A stretch of DNA of 64,000 nucleotides from Mobula hypostoma (lineage: Eukaryota): contig NC_086097.1 of assembly GCF_963921235.1 (NCBI RefSeq), positions 77,626,001 to 77,690,000 of the forward strand, given 5' to 3'. This document shows, in pieces, positions 11,710-25,314 of this stretch (position 1 is its first letter; the number at the start of each line of letters is the position of its first letter). The notes below the pieces were generated by a model. The model was not told the origin of the DNA, ran no database searches, and saw only the letters and a program-made list of their open reading frames with translations. Made by a program: the position numbers and the translations under genes.

Positions 11710-12760
11710 GAGGTGGCACAGTAGCACGGCAGTTAGCGGAACACTTTACAGTGCCAGCGACCCAGGTTCACTTCCCACTGCTGTCTGTAAGGAGTTTGTA
11801 TATCCTCCACAAGTCCATGTGGGTTTCCTCCGTGTGCTCCGATTTTCTCCCATATTCCAAAGATATCCATGTTAGTCAATGGATTGGTCACATTGGTCTC
11901 CTAAGAAGGGGTTTAGGAGGAATAATGGCGCATAATGGCGATTCCTTTGCTTGCATCTTTGGAAACAGCTCTATTTCCATCTTTGATATCTCTATTTTTC
12001 CCTTTCAGGGTACCTTTGAAGACCCTGACCTGGAGTTACACACTGACTACAGTTCTTTGCGGGAATGGGACCCACTATCGTGGTTTCACAAATGGCCATT
12101 ATTCGGCACGCCAAGGGCTTGGCCTAAGAGCTTCGCTCACCTTTGGAAGACCACGATCTTGTTGCTGTGGAGACTGGCGGATCGGAGGTTGGTGTCAGTG
12201 GAGATCAGTGTGTCAGAGGAGTCGGGAGATCTATGACTGAGTGCCCAGAGACCCGAGATCTTTGAGCACAGAGCTCAGAAAAAGTGATACAAAGGACTTC
12301 TAACATTGTAAACCAGTGAGTTGTTTGTTGTGTCTCCCCTCTCGCTGTGAAATGGAGACACCTCTTTCTCCCTTATAAGGGAGAGAGAGAGCCTGTGGTA
12401 TGTCGAATACCGGGTGAACAATGTAGTCTTTGGGGTAACTGCAAGTCTGTGTCTTTGCTGTTGCTTTGCTCATGCTTGAGTGCTCAGTGGCGGGTGCCGA
12501 TGATTTTTTTGCCGGTTGGGTGGGGGGGGGATTATTGCTTGCTGCCACTTACGCGTGTGTTGGGGGGAGCTGGGAGGGACTTTGGGGTTCTAACATTTAA
12601 CTGTCATTCGTTCTTTGGGGACAGTCCTCAGTTTTCATGGATGGTTACAAAGAGAAAAACATTTCAGGATGTATATTATATACATTTCTCTGACATTAAG
12701 TGTACCTTTGGTGTAACTGGGTGGCACAGACCCGTTGGGCTGGGAGTGCTGTATCTCTAA
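11710..12760 (+). mobile_element. V-SINE/HE1-type SINE split by an 810-bp insertion
   Basis: GGTGGCACAGTAG A-box-like head, GGTTCACTTCCC B-box, and V-domain GTGGGTTTCCTCCGTGTGCTCCG. Resumes at 12713. Confidence 0.75.
11898..12707 (+). mobile_element. Non-coding retro-element with Rex1-like 3' tail
   Basis: Flanked by TTGGT (11893-11897 / 12708-12712). Its 3' end TTTCAGGATGTATA...GACATTAAGTGTACCTTTG resembles the Rex1 tail at about 21210-21290. No RT-like coding. Confidence 0.55.
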
Positions 12761-12936
12761 AGAAAGCTGCTTTGATTGATGATCCAGTTCCCCCATACCA
12801 TTAAGGCCTTATTTTACCATGAAAGCCAACGTGCCCCTTACAGCACTTCAGTACTCAGTAGCATCAACAAACTGGTCAGTCAACTGGACAATGTGGACAG
12901 GGATACAATTTCCCAGTGCAAGTGCTCCCCAAAGCA

Positions 12937-13576
12937 TGCACCAGAAAATCTGCAGATGCTGGAAATCCAAGCAACACACACAAAATGTTGGTAGAACACA
13001 GCAGGCCGGGCAGCATCTATAGGAAGAGGTACAGTCAACGTTTCAGGCCGAGATCCTTCGTCAGGATGAACTGAAAGAAGAAATAGTAAGAGATTTGAAA
13101 GAGGGAGGGGGAGGCGGAGATCTGAAATGATAGAAGACAGGAGGGGGAGGGATGAAGCTAAGAGCTGGGAAGTAGATTGGTGAAAGGGAAACAAAGCTGG
13201 AGACATGGGAGAAAGAAAGGGGGAGGGGAGCACCAGAGGAAGATGGAGATTGTGACAGTGATTGTGAGAGGAAAAGAGAGAGAGAAAAAGGAGGGGAATA
13301 ATAAATGAATAAATAAATAAAATAACGGATGGGGTACGAGGGGGAGGTGGGGCATTAGCGGAAGTTAGAGAAGTCAATGTTCATGCCATCAGGTTGGAGG
13401 CTACCCAGGCGAAATATAAGGTGTTGTTCCTCCAACCTGAGTGTGGCTTCATCTTGACAGTAGAGGAGGCTGTGGATAGACATGTCAGAATGGGAATGGG
13501 ACGTGGAATTAAAATGTGTGGCCACTGGGAGATCTGGCGGACAGAGCATAGGTATAGAGCGAAACGGTCCCCCAGT
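12937..13576 (-). mobile_element. 5'-truncated Penelope-like element
   Basis: DLPVATHFNSTSHSHSDM...GMNIDFSNFR* plus pseudo-LTR. Hammerhead-like motif at about 13033-13068. Possible TSD CCAAAGCA (12929-12936 / 13577-13584). Confidence 0.9.
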
Positions 13577-13853
13577 CCAAAGCACTCATTACTTTTCATA
13601 GTCAGTTTCCCACTTCAAGACCATTGCTTGGCATTTCAAGCTGAGAGAATTTTTACCTTATCATCTTTCCCTGAGACCTTAAACCAAAGACCTGTTAACG
13701 TTCTCAAGATTCTATGGCACTAATTAAAGAAGAGCAGGCACCTTAGACCTTAATCGCCATCTAACACCATTAAATTGCTTTATAATATCACTCACAATAA
13801 TACGTGCAGTTAGACTGCTGCATTTGCCTATAGTATCATTTGCTTTTGGCAGT

Positions 13854-13870
13854 AGGTCATTCTGAGGTCA
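13854..13870 (+). promoter_or_regulatory. Perfect DR5 nuclear-receptor motif (candidate RARE)
   Basis: AGGTCA-TTCTG-AGGTCA in non-repetitive DNA. Function untested. Confidence 0.35.
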
Positions 13871-15826
13871 TCAACTACAGCTATTTCCTTTTCTCTTACT
13901 AACAAAGAAGTTTTAAGTGTCAACAGCTGGACATTTTAATTTTATTTATTTAAATGGTTATTTTGTCATTCCAATACCAAATTGGCATTTCCGCTGGATG
14001 AACTTATTGAAATAGCTATTGATGGACAGGTTTCCATGCTTGGAAAAATATACTCTCAAAATGGTGCTAAATATTAAAACCTACATTATTGTTTTCCATC
14101 AATGAGCTTAGAAATAATGCATGGGGCACCACTTACGAGTTAGAGAAGCAAAGAAAGAGTACAATGTATAAGCTAAATGAAGCAACAAGTGAATATGTTA
14201 CGTCAAATTTATTATGCTATATATTTTTAAAAACGGGTCTGCATAGTGAGAAAGTATCTGCGTTAGGAAGGAAATTGCTGCTCATACTCATAGTAAGTTC
14301 TCTAGTAATAAATTAGTGTCAACAAAATTGTCCATTGGAGGGCTCCAAGACAAAATCTGGAACTGCTTAGCAAAATTCTTATTTCAGCCAATAGTTCAAA
14401 GTTATACACTCATCAAAAAATAGTCAAAATAACAAATGTTTAGAGAAAAGTTACACCCTTTTTTAATTGCTACATTGAGCAGACCATCTCTTGCAACAAT
14501 TGTGTAAGATTTGCATTCAAACTCGGTATCATTAAAGAAGTGATGTATCTTTCAGATTCAGGCTCTGTATCAGATCAGCATTAGCATTGTCAAATTGGAG
14601 CCAATAATGAAGAACCTGAATCAATATATTGCCAAGAATGAAACACATGTCATCTCCTGAGCAAGAACATGGATTTGCTGGAGTATTTTGCTTTTGTAAT
14701 GGAAGCACATCATGACTGCAAATTGGCATAAGGATAGATTGCCAAACTGGACTTCACTTTTCTAATTCTTTTCTGCAGTTTGTTTTAATTTTGCAGTTTT
14801 CAAGTTAATTCTTACAAAGCTACTTAAAAGAAATGACTATGAAAGTAAAAGAGATTTCTATTCAAGCACCTTGCCAAGTTTTATTCATTTTTAAGATTAA
14901 AAGATGGCATTTCAGGGAAAATCAAAACTTTCAAGTTATTTTTGATGACACTTAGTTAAACATTTTTCAATCATTGCCTTGGGTGGAGCATAGTCTCTTC
15001 ACTAATTAAATAAAAATGTTAATTAATCCCAGATTTTCTCTAACATTAACGGTGCCAGGCATTTTATGCCTTTTGACAGTTTTGCATGGTTGTTCGGTTT
15101 GGGGTCTACTAATCTTGAAGTGGATGGATGTAAAAGTGGGGTGGGATTAAACCTTTCCTTAAATAAGGAGCATGGTAATTGAGCAGTAATGATTCTGGAT
15201 TCATTATCCAGAGATCAGGACTGATGATCTGCAAGTTCAAAGCCCTGGCAGATGGATAACAAACTGAATTTCAAAATTTCTTTGGGAACATTAGAGACTG
15301 CAGATGCTGGACTATGTTGCTTTACAATTTGATTGCATTCATGATAATCATGTAATTCTGGATGTAAACACAAAATATCTGTTACAATCATGGATATCTG
15401 CTTTTCTTACCTAATTTAGCCTATATGTGACTCCATACACAAATGATATGGTTGACTCTGAACTTTTCTCTAAAATGGCCAAGTAAGCCAGACAGTAAAG
15501 GCAATTAAGATAGATAAGAGAAACACTGATGCTCTCAGTAATACCCAGTGAATAAATGATAAGAAAAATTAAATTGTGGCATTCTGTGTCAGCATCATCA
15601 ACCCTGCGCTGCATCCTGGCACCAGAAATTGCTTTCTTATTAATATTTCTCACAGGCAAGGTCATTTGATTCCAAACAATTGGTTTATTGGTCATTACAG
15701 AATGCCTCTCTGGTATTTCCCTCTCCTTCCCCTCTTCCTTCCCCTTTTTCGAACCATGATTCCCCTCTTCCTGCGCCTTCCCACCCTTAGCCCATGTCAG
15801 AATCAGGTATGTCATCACTCACGTAT

Positions 15827-16549
15827 GAACATAGAACATAGAACATAGAATAGTACAGCACAGTACAGGCCCTTGTACTATTGTTGTGCCGACCCTCAAA
15901 CTCTGCCTCCCATATAAGCCCCCACCTTAAATTCCTCCACATACCTGTCTAGAAGTCTCTTAAAATTCACTAGTGTATCTGCCTCCACCACTGACTCAGG
16001 CAGTGCATTCCATGCACCAACCACTCTCTGAGTAAAAAAACCTTCCTCTAATATCCCCCTTGAACTTCCCACCCCTTACCTTAAAGCCATGTCCTCTTGT
16101 ATTGAGCAGTGGTGTCCTGGGGAAGAGGCGCTGGCTATCCACTCTATCTATTCCTCTTAATATCTTGTACACCTCTATCATGTCTCCTCTCATCCTCCTT
16201 CTCTCCAAAGAGTAAAGCCCTAGCTCCCTTAATCTCTGATCATAATCCATACTCTCTAAACTAGGCAGCATCCTGGTAAATCTTCTCTGTACCCATTCCA
16301 ATGCTTCTACATCCTTCCTATACTGAGGCAACCAGAACTGGACACAGTACTCCAAGTGTGAGCTAACCAGAGTTTTATAGAGCTGCATCATTACCCTGCG
16401 CCTGTAAACTCTATCCCTCGACTTATGCAAGCTAACACCCCATAAGCTTTCTTAACTACCCGATCTACCTGTGAGGCAACTTTCAGGGATTTGTGGACAT
16501 GTGCCCCCCAGATCCCTCTGCTCCTCCACACTACCAAGTATCCTGCCAT
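15827..16549 (-). mobile_element. 5'-truncated CR1 LINE
   Basis: ORF 15996-16430 has LYKTLV..HLEYCVQFW, QRRFTRM, RRMRGDMIEVYK. (TTCTATG)n tail at 15827-15850. Confidence 0.9.
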
Positions 16550-16600
16550 ATCATGAGTTTTTTTTGTGGCAGCAGTACAGAGCAATATCTACAATAACTA

Positions 16601-16672
16601 CAGTACTGTGCAAAAGTATTAGGGACTCCAGCTACAGAATATATATGTGCCTTAGACTTTTGCACACTACTG
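16601..16672. mobile_element. 72-bp Tc1/mariner-type MITE
   Basis: TA|CAGTACTGTGCAAAAGT...ACTTTTGCACACTACTG|TA, i.e. TIRs with a TA TSD. Confidence 0.75.
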
Positions 16673-16737
16673 TAGGTGCATGGTAGGAGAAACAAAGGAG
16701 AGATAATGGGCATCTGAGAAAAAAGAGGTTCCATGGG

Positions 16738-17015
16738 AGGCATAGTTTTAAGGTGCTTGGAAAAAGGTACAAGGGGGATGTCAGAAGTCAGTTTTTCACA
16801 CAGAGAGTGGTGAGTGTGTGGAATGCACTGCCAGTGAAAGTGACGGAGGTGGATACAAAAGGGTCTTTTAAGACACTCTTAGATAGGTACATGAGCTTTG
16901 AGAAATAGAGGGCTATGCGATAAGGAAATTCTAGGCAGCTTCTGGAGTACATTACATGGTCGGCACAACAATTTGGGCTGAAGGGCCTGTAATGTGCTGT
17001 AGATTTCTATGTTTT
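16738..17015 (+). mobile_element. CR1 3' end
   Basis: TTTTTCACACAGAGAGTGGTG...TGGAATGCACTGCC, ending TAGATTTCTATGTTT. Same subfamily as 46105-46856. Confidence 0.8.
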
Positions 17016-19569
17016 TATGAATGGTACTGGTGGAAAGCCAGCATTAACACGATAGGCTGAATGGCCTCATTTGATGTGTAAAGAAAAGATACATGAATGT
17101 AAGTATATTTGTGTAAGTTGCCTTTTTATGCAAGTTATGATTTAGTAGAAAATACATAGATAGCATGCATAGAGCTCAGCCAGATCCTTCTGCAATGAGA
17201 TAGTTCTCATCTGAAAGAACATTTCCAAAAGGAAAACAGTCACAGATTGCTATTTACTTTTGCACAACATTGTAACATTTCTGAAACAAGAATTTCCTGG
17301 CACTCATTAATTAACATTCACTAGCAACCATTTGTCATTCTTGATGTTGAACAATGGTCAAGTCCATAAGATTTGAAAGGGTGATGTCTTAGTGTACAAA
17401 ACCAGCTATTTTCTTTCAGGCATTATGAAGTTTTGTGTTGCTGCCACAAGATTACTCATTACATTGAGTGTGTTTATAAAATCATATGGTTGATACTGCC
17501 AGTTCCCTTTACCTAAACTCTGGTTGACTGGATGATTCACAAGGGGTGGACCTAGGACTTCAACATACTCACAGAGCCATCTTCATCTGTTACAGCCAAC
17601 TATCATTTCAACATCAGCCTAATGCTTGCAGATTCAGTCCTCCCCAAAGCACAGGGACAACTGAAATAGCCACCAGTGTTCAGAGGTGAAAGTGTTGCAC
17701 AAGTGAGCTGGGATGAGCGTGTCTGATGTCTGCGGGTCATGAATTGGTGATGGGTTGACCGGTGAGTCAGGGGTTTGCTATTAACAGTGACGTACCGAGG
17801 GCCTGTGGGTGCAAATTTAAGGAGGAGGTGAATGATGATTCGAGGATTTGTATTTAGCATTCAGAGAGTGGATGGGGTGACCTATAATTGACAGTCTATA
17901 GGGTGAGTGGCAAGTTAGAAAGAAACCTGCTGTCAGATGTTCAAGGTATGGAGTCAACTTGGGTGATGTGGGGCTTTGGTTAAGTTGCCCTTCTGTTATC
18001 ATTTTTCCTTGATCTATCTCAACGCACAGTGCGATGAATTGACCTATATGGACAGTATGCTAGATACTAGACAGTCTTTTCACGGTTTCTTGGTGCATGT
18101 GGCAATAACAAACCAGTCTTAGTCTCAATTCTAAACATGGTCTGAGGCCCCGAAAGTGGAATGTGATGGGTCAGATGAAGTTCATGTGCCTGGCTACTAG
18201 GTGGGGTTTGCTGTCGTGTTGTATGGTAGGAGTGAGAATGGGGAGAGCAGGCTAAAGAATTACTAAGTGAATAATCGAAAGGAAGCTACCTAGCTAAAAT
18301 GGTTCAATGAAATTACCAGGGTTTAACACCTGCAGAAGGATGTTAGAAAAATTCCTTACCTTATGCCCTACCTCCACATCTCTATTTTGCAAAGTCACAC
18401 TAGTGAAATGTATCATCTGATTCAATGGGTTACTTCACAGAAATTTAACGTACAGGTAGCACACAATTGAAATAAATTCACATTTTACTTTAAGTAGTGA
18501 AAGATTTTGATTTTTATATAGACAAACATATAAAATACAACTTAATAGGTCAACTGTGATGGTATTGGATTTTCTGACCACAAAGTTCTAAACTTAAATG
18601 AAGACCTTAAATAGCTACGAGAACTCTGAACTACCCAATCTTCAAAGACTACTTCCCTGTTTATTTCCCACAGCAAGTTTAGCTACCAAGACCCAGTATT
18701 CGAGCAGTGCCACTTTCTCTCTACCAAGGCATTGACACCTTCTCCCTTCCAGCTAGCAAAGTAGTTTAAAAAAACAGTTCATTATTCTCAGTGATACACA
18801 CTTAAATCCAAACAACATGCTTTGAACACATTTAGAACCACAGATGATTTCTGTCTTAAACAATTCCAAAGTACAAACTATTTCCAAAGCATTCTTAAAA
18901 CACGAAGTTCAAGAATAAAGCATTTCAAATACAGAAAGGACAAAGGTTTTCATAAGCTCAAAGGATTTTCAAAACACAGGTACAATTCCTATAAACTAAA
19001 AAGACGTACCAACAAATTGCAGTTGAACAAGTCATCTATCATAGAAGCCGAAGTTGGAGGAATGAATTCTCATTCAACCGGTTTTTCTTTCATGTTTCTT
19101 GATATTCTTTACCCCATTCTTAATAAGCCTAAACTTCTATCTACAATTAAACAATTTCTCTCCCACTTGGGTAATTTCGTAAGCATATGATATTTCCTCA
19201 GATATCCTTTTACACAAATGCTCCAAAAACATCTTTAGGAGACACAGAGCTCAACTAAGGCTGTAAATTCTGTAAAGCTAACTTCCCTCCCCCAACTATA
19301 AACACATCAGTTATTAAATGCTAAATGATATTATCCATGTGTTCTAAAGCATCCTTGAACTAAACAACTTAAGAGTCAGCTTGTCAGTTTGAAACAATCC
19401 AAATTAAACAACCCATTTTACTATACTATATCTCTTGAGTTGTAAAGTAAGTGTAATGACTACCATCTGCTTCTACACAGAAAGGCTGTCCACTTAGATT
19501 TTAATTTCTGAAGATGGACTTCCATTTAGGACCGTGAGTTAAACAAAGCAATATTAGTTTACTTATAAC

Positions 19570-21290
19570 TCTTTTTGATTGCTTTGACTACTAGAACATG
19601 GAGGAACCATTGCGAACCCCACATTTCTTGATGATCTTTTGACCTTAGTATCTGAAGCTGATGCATGGGGTGTCATCTAGAGGGTGAATCTAAGGAAAGC
19701 ATTCAGACAGGACGGGGTACTGGGCCACGTACTAAAGACCTGTGCTGACCAACTGCCTGGTGTATTCAAAGATTTCTTTAACCTCTCACTTCATCAAGGA
19801 GTGGTACCCACATGCTTCAAGCAGGCTTCAATTGTACCCAAGAAGAGTGTGGTGACCTACCTCAATGACTATTGCCCAGTTGCACTTACATCCACAATGC
19901 TGAAGAATTTTGAGAGGCTGGTGTTAAAACATATCAGCTCCTGCCTGAGAGGTGAGTTGGATCCACTCCTATTTGTCTACCAGAGCAATGGGTCCACAGC
20001 AGATGCCATGCCATTGGTTCTTCACTCAACCCTGGAGTATCTGGACAGCAAAGATGCATATTTCAGGATTCTCTTTATCAATTACAGCTCAGCATCATCC
20101 TCTCAAAACTAATCTGTAAGCTCCAAGACCTTGGCCTCTGCATCTCCTTGTGCAATTGGATCCTGGATTTCCTCACTTGTACACTCCAGTCAGTTCGGAT
20201 TGACAACAACATCTCTTACATGATCTCCATCAGCACAGGTGCACCACAGGTCCATATGCTTAGCCCCCTGCACTACTCGCTTTACACCTATGACTATACA
20301 GCTAAGCACAGCTGCAATAACACATTCAGGTTTGCTGTTGACACCACTATTGGGCGGATCAAAGGTAGTGATGAATTAGCATACAGGAGAGAGATTGAAA
20401 ATTTGACTGGGTGGTGTCATAACAGCAGCTTCTCATTCAATGTCAGCAAAATCAAGGAACTGAATGTAGCCTTTGGGAGGGGGAAACCAGAGATCTATGA
20501 GCCAGTCTGCATCAGAGGATGAAAGGTGGAGAGGGTCAGCAACTTTAAATTCCTATTTTTGTTACTATTTCAGGGGACCTGTCCTGGACCCAGCACATAA
20601 GTTCAATTGCAAAGAAAGCATGGCAGCGCCTTTACTTCCTCAGGAGCCTGAGGAGATTCAGCATGACATCTAAAACTTTGACAAACTTCTATAGATATGT
20701 AGTGGAGAGTGTATTGACTGGCTGCATCGTGGCCTGGTATGGAAATACCGATGCCTTTGAATAGAAAATCCTACAAAAGCTAATAGATTCAGCCCAGAAC
20801 AGCACGGGTAAAGCCCACCCAAACTTTGAGCACAAATACATGAAACGTTGCTGTAGGAAAGCAGCATCCATCATCAAAGATCCTCACCAACCAGGTCATG
20901 CTCTTTTCTCTTTGCTGCCATCAGGCAGAAAGCACAGGAACCTCAGGCTCACGAATAGTTACTACCCCTCAACCATCAGGCTCTTGAACAAACGGGTTAA
21001 CTACACTCACTTGCCCATCCATTAAGACATTCCCACATCCAATGATTTTACCTTAAGGACTATTTATCTTGTTATTTCATGTTGTTGTTATTTATTGCTA
21101 TTCATTTATATTTGCATTTGCACGGTTTGTTTTCTACACTCTAGCTGATCTTTCATTGATCATGTGATACTCACTATTCTATAGATTAACTGAGTATGCC
21201 CACAGGAAAATGAATCTCAGAGGTTTAGATGGTCACATATTTGTACTTTGATAATAACATTTACTTTGAATTTTGAACTTCGAACTTTGG
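19570..21290 (+). mobile_element. Rex1/Babar LINE, degraded RT plus 3' UTR
   Basis: LKTCADQL, LNDYCPVALTS, LDPLLF.Y, GAPQ..LSP, RFAVDTT (FADD-equivalent), LLPSGRK. Tail of (ACTTTGA)-like repeats. Confidence 0.9.
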
Positions 21291-23789
21291 ACTTACAAGT
21301 GGCAAAAGCTGCTGTTTAGAAAGCAAGCTTAGCAAACATGAAACATTAAGCAAATATTTATCACAAGGCAACAACATTGGAAGGAAATGGACAGTCGACA
21401 TTCCGGGTCAAGACCCTTCATTAAATTTACATGGAGATGTATTTTTGGATAGGCAATAAATGACCAACTAGTACAAACCTGGGTGGCAATAAAGAAATAA
21501 CTTTTATTTTCAGCTAGATACCAGAATCATTGAACGTGGAAAACTTTCATGAAAAATGTATTTAAATCTTGAGTAGAACAATCCCTGAAGGTAATTCTAA
21601 CCTATTGCGGTAATTATCACCAACTGGCTTTTTTATGACTTTGACTCTTGATCCACAATGTCAACCTATGAAGCCAACTGCAATCAGGCAGGAAAACTAA
21701 TACTCCAAAATGCTTTCTAAATTCTGTATCGGTATTTCAAGAATAGAAAACTGGAAAAACATCACTCAACATTGCAACATTGGAGAATGCTTAGTTTTAA
21801 AATATCACTATCATAACTGGCTTCCTATAAGAAATTCACTCCACAGGCAACACTTTCACTATCAATTCAAAGTCTGATAAAGCACGTACAATTTTCCTTT
21901 GTTTCAATAAGTAAAATGCAGATTTAGCAATATCTTAATGTTTTACTAGCCAAGTTAGATTAGTCATTAGATATGACTCAGACACAGCAGTCACCTGTCA
22001 GTGGGGCCTTTTTATTGATCAGCTCTGTTTATTTTAAGTTTGGCTAATGATTTACCAACATGATTGAAAGGTCTCCATGCTTTTGATGCTTTTCTTAAAG
22101 TGAGTGACAGGGTGAATATAGTTATTCCAATTTTCAAATTGTTTTATTAATAAAGCAGTAACTGGACATTTGATGTGGTTTAGTACAAGATTGTGTTCAT
22201 GATAAGGAGTGTATATTTAAGATGTCCACAAAGAACATTGCATTGCATAAAGTGATAGGCAAAGTGGTTTCAATGATTCATTTTCTGAGATTCAATTTTT
22301 GATGGTCACGTACTTCACAGCCCTTTCTGTCCTTCTCCCCATTTCTGTCCACCTTCTCCAGCTCCTCATCCATCCAAGAATTCTGTGTTCTTTTGGCTTC
22401 AGTCTCTTGTGCAATCCAACTTCCTTTGCCCCAGTGTTTGTCTCATCCTGTATGAATACAACTGCCTTTTTGAGTGCTTAGCGCGGTCTCTTAGCTCCGA
22501 TCAAAATTCACCTGGCATTATCCTTCACAATGGGGATGAACACGATGACTCATCTTGGATTTCTGGTGTGAATTCAAGCAAAACAAATGATGAAGGTACC
22601 TTTGTGATGAGTGATGTATGGTATTAGCAGATGGGAAAATGGGAGAAAATCTTTACAGCTATAATGTGGCCTTTGCTTGGTCAACAGGAAATTCCAAGTC
22701 ATGGCCATTAATAAAATGAGATATTCTGAGAATGGGCAATTTTGATTCCACACATTCCATTCTTCTTTGAAATGGCAAGGAATAGCAAATGATTTACTGG
22801 AAATAGTGGAAGCTACCGTATATAGCAACCATGTCAATGAGTCAGCGCCATCCAATACCGTATCTGAATGAGGGTCACAAGGAGATGACATCACCTCTGA
22901 GACTGCTAATCACTTTTGAAGCAAGTTGCCATCAGCAGCCGCCTTTGTCAGCATTTGCCAGAATTCAGAGAATTTACCAGCACTTATACAAGGAGGTAAA
23001 AGAGTTACAAAGAAATATTTGTTCCTCCGTGGAGGTCAAGTGACTAATCCACTACCTTTGCATATTTCACAGCTTATTCCACAGCTGCAGCTTCCCCCAG
23101 TGAGAAGGAACTATTTAAAAAAAAGTTTTTCTGTGCTAAAATGTGCACTGAGATGGCACTGTTTGCTTTGTTGTACTGTAAATAATGGACAAACTCATAT
23201 GGAACTCAACCTCAATAAGGGCTGGTCCTAATAAACAATAGATTCAAAACATAAAAAGTATCAGTGAACAATAATTAAGTATTTGCAACAACCAGTATTC
23301 TCCCCACCTCACTGAATGGAAAAAGCTCTGAAACTCTGAAAGTGACAGAGGCTTAACTTTTGGTTTGAGTCATGGTACAGTGACCAAACACTCATGAAGT
23401 CATTATTGATTTTGAGCCTAGTAACAAATTAGCTCTTATTCAATTTCACACATACTTTAGGAATTAACAGGAATCTTGTCAGAGATGATTTGCGATTATA
23501 ACAAAAAAAATCACAATTTTCATACCTTAGAGGCTCTTTAATGCATTTGGGAACTCCCTGGATTTATTCTGGAGTCTGAATAACAACAACCTTCATTTAT
23601 ATCACTTCTTTTTCATAGCAAACTGATGAAGTGTTTTACATCAACATCAGTGACCAATAACAGACACCAAGCCATACCAGTAGGTAATAGGGCTGATGTC
23701 TAAAAACTTGATCCAAGAGGTAACCTTTAGAGAACCTTGAAGAAAGAAAGTAAGGTGGAGAGGTTTTATGGAGGAATTCTAGAGCCTAG

Positions 23790-24643
23790 TGTTACGTACC
23801 CCGTAACTGGGTTGCCAAACCAGCAGAAATGGATCACTCAGTTGGAGTCTGGAGTACTAGAACTAAGAAAGTTTTATTAAAGAAACAAGCAACACAGTAA
23901 TCGAAAGGATAATAAATGCAACAGTTCAGCAATGATAACCACACATGTGCACAGAATTAAGATAACAGCATCAATCAAGCTCTATCGTTGTCTAGGGGTA
24001 AATGACCAAATTTAAAAGTGACTCAAAGTTCAGTCCAGTTTAGTAGTTCAGTTCGCAGTAATCGTTGCCATGGATGGACAACGTGGGGGAAGAGAGACAG
24101 AGAGAACAGGAACAACTGATCATTCAGCACAGCTTCACTCACAGACCGGCGAGATGGCTCACAAGCAGCTTTTGGGCGGGTCCTTGGTGATGTCACCTGA
24201 GGTCACCGACTGTGACCCCTCCTCCAGATGCGGTCGATCCTCTGCAGTGAACCCGGCACCCAGGCAAGGGCGGACACACACCGCTGATTGTACCTTTCCA
24301 CCCTGGTCGTTGTCTGATACTTCTCACCCACTCGTGAGAGGCGCACCGCTTCCAGGGTCTCGTTACCTCGGGTGGCGTGTGTCCTGCCTTAGCGAACCGG
24401 TCCCTTTTTATCCCCCTGCTGGGGTATCGCCTGTCCATCACTTCAAACAGTTCAAGGTTCAAAGGGGGGAGCCGCTCCAGACAGCTCTCTCTCTCCCACG
24501 TCCCTTCAGTACACATCTCCAGACGCTGCTCCATTGTTCCTTATCTCTCCTTCCCCTAAGGGCAGGTGGCAGACCAACTGCTGATGCCACTGATGCTAGC
24601 CCAGGCCAGCAAACATCTTAATTTTATGTGTATTCTCGTCACA
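23790..24643 (-). mobile_element. Solo LTR (Gypsy-type, 854 bp)
   Basis: TGTTACG...CGTCACA termini with 4-bp TSD CTAG (23786-23789 / 24644-24647). Minus-strand AATAAA near 23875 and TATA-like GATAAAAAG near 24407. CpG-rich. Confidence 0.85.
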
Positions 24644-25314
24644 CTAGTGATTACAGCTAAAGATATGGCTTCTACTGGTGGAGCAATTAAATTTGAAAAT
24701 TGTCGAGAGAAGAAAATATGAGCACTGCAGTTATCTCAAGGGCTGATTACAGAGGGACAGCTGGAATGTGGATATCGGGATGGTGCTTTCAGATGACAGT
24801 ACTAATAGGTAGCATTTTGAAGTTGTCAGGGGCCTCTGATGTTATTCTCAATGGCAAAGAACTGTGGCTATCTCTCTGGCGTACAGATCCACCTATTAAA
24901 TGCAAATAAGATTGAGGTATCAAGGACATCATTTTAGTCCCGGAAAAAGCAGCTAGCCTGTTTCAAAGCCAGAGCATTTGGCCCAGAGAGTGTCCATTTT
25001 TAATCAAAGCATATAGAAGCTCCAGAACTACAAGAAATCTGTGAGTTTGCAGTAAATACTATGCAGCTATAATTTTGAATGGGTGGATCTGTCAACAAGT
25101 CTGATGTGATAGATGAGGTGGTTTCTAAGCTTGGGTTAGCCATGTGTGGGGAACGTAAATCATTGAAAACAAATTAAAATGTGCAACACTGGTGATGCTG
25201 ATTAGGCCCATCATGTTTCTGTTGTCAAAAAAGTGCTCCCCAACCTAGTTACGCCTTCCAACTCCCCAGCAGACAGCTCTTGAAACTTTTATCGTCCTAC
25301 TTTAAAATGTGGAT

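Noticed and set aside
18822..19190. 122-aa Lys-rich ORF
   Set aside because: Non-ATG start, A-rich composition and no domain.
24070..24621. 183-aa ORF
   Set aside because: It lies in a GC-rich solo LTR and has no recognisable domain.
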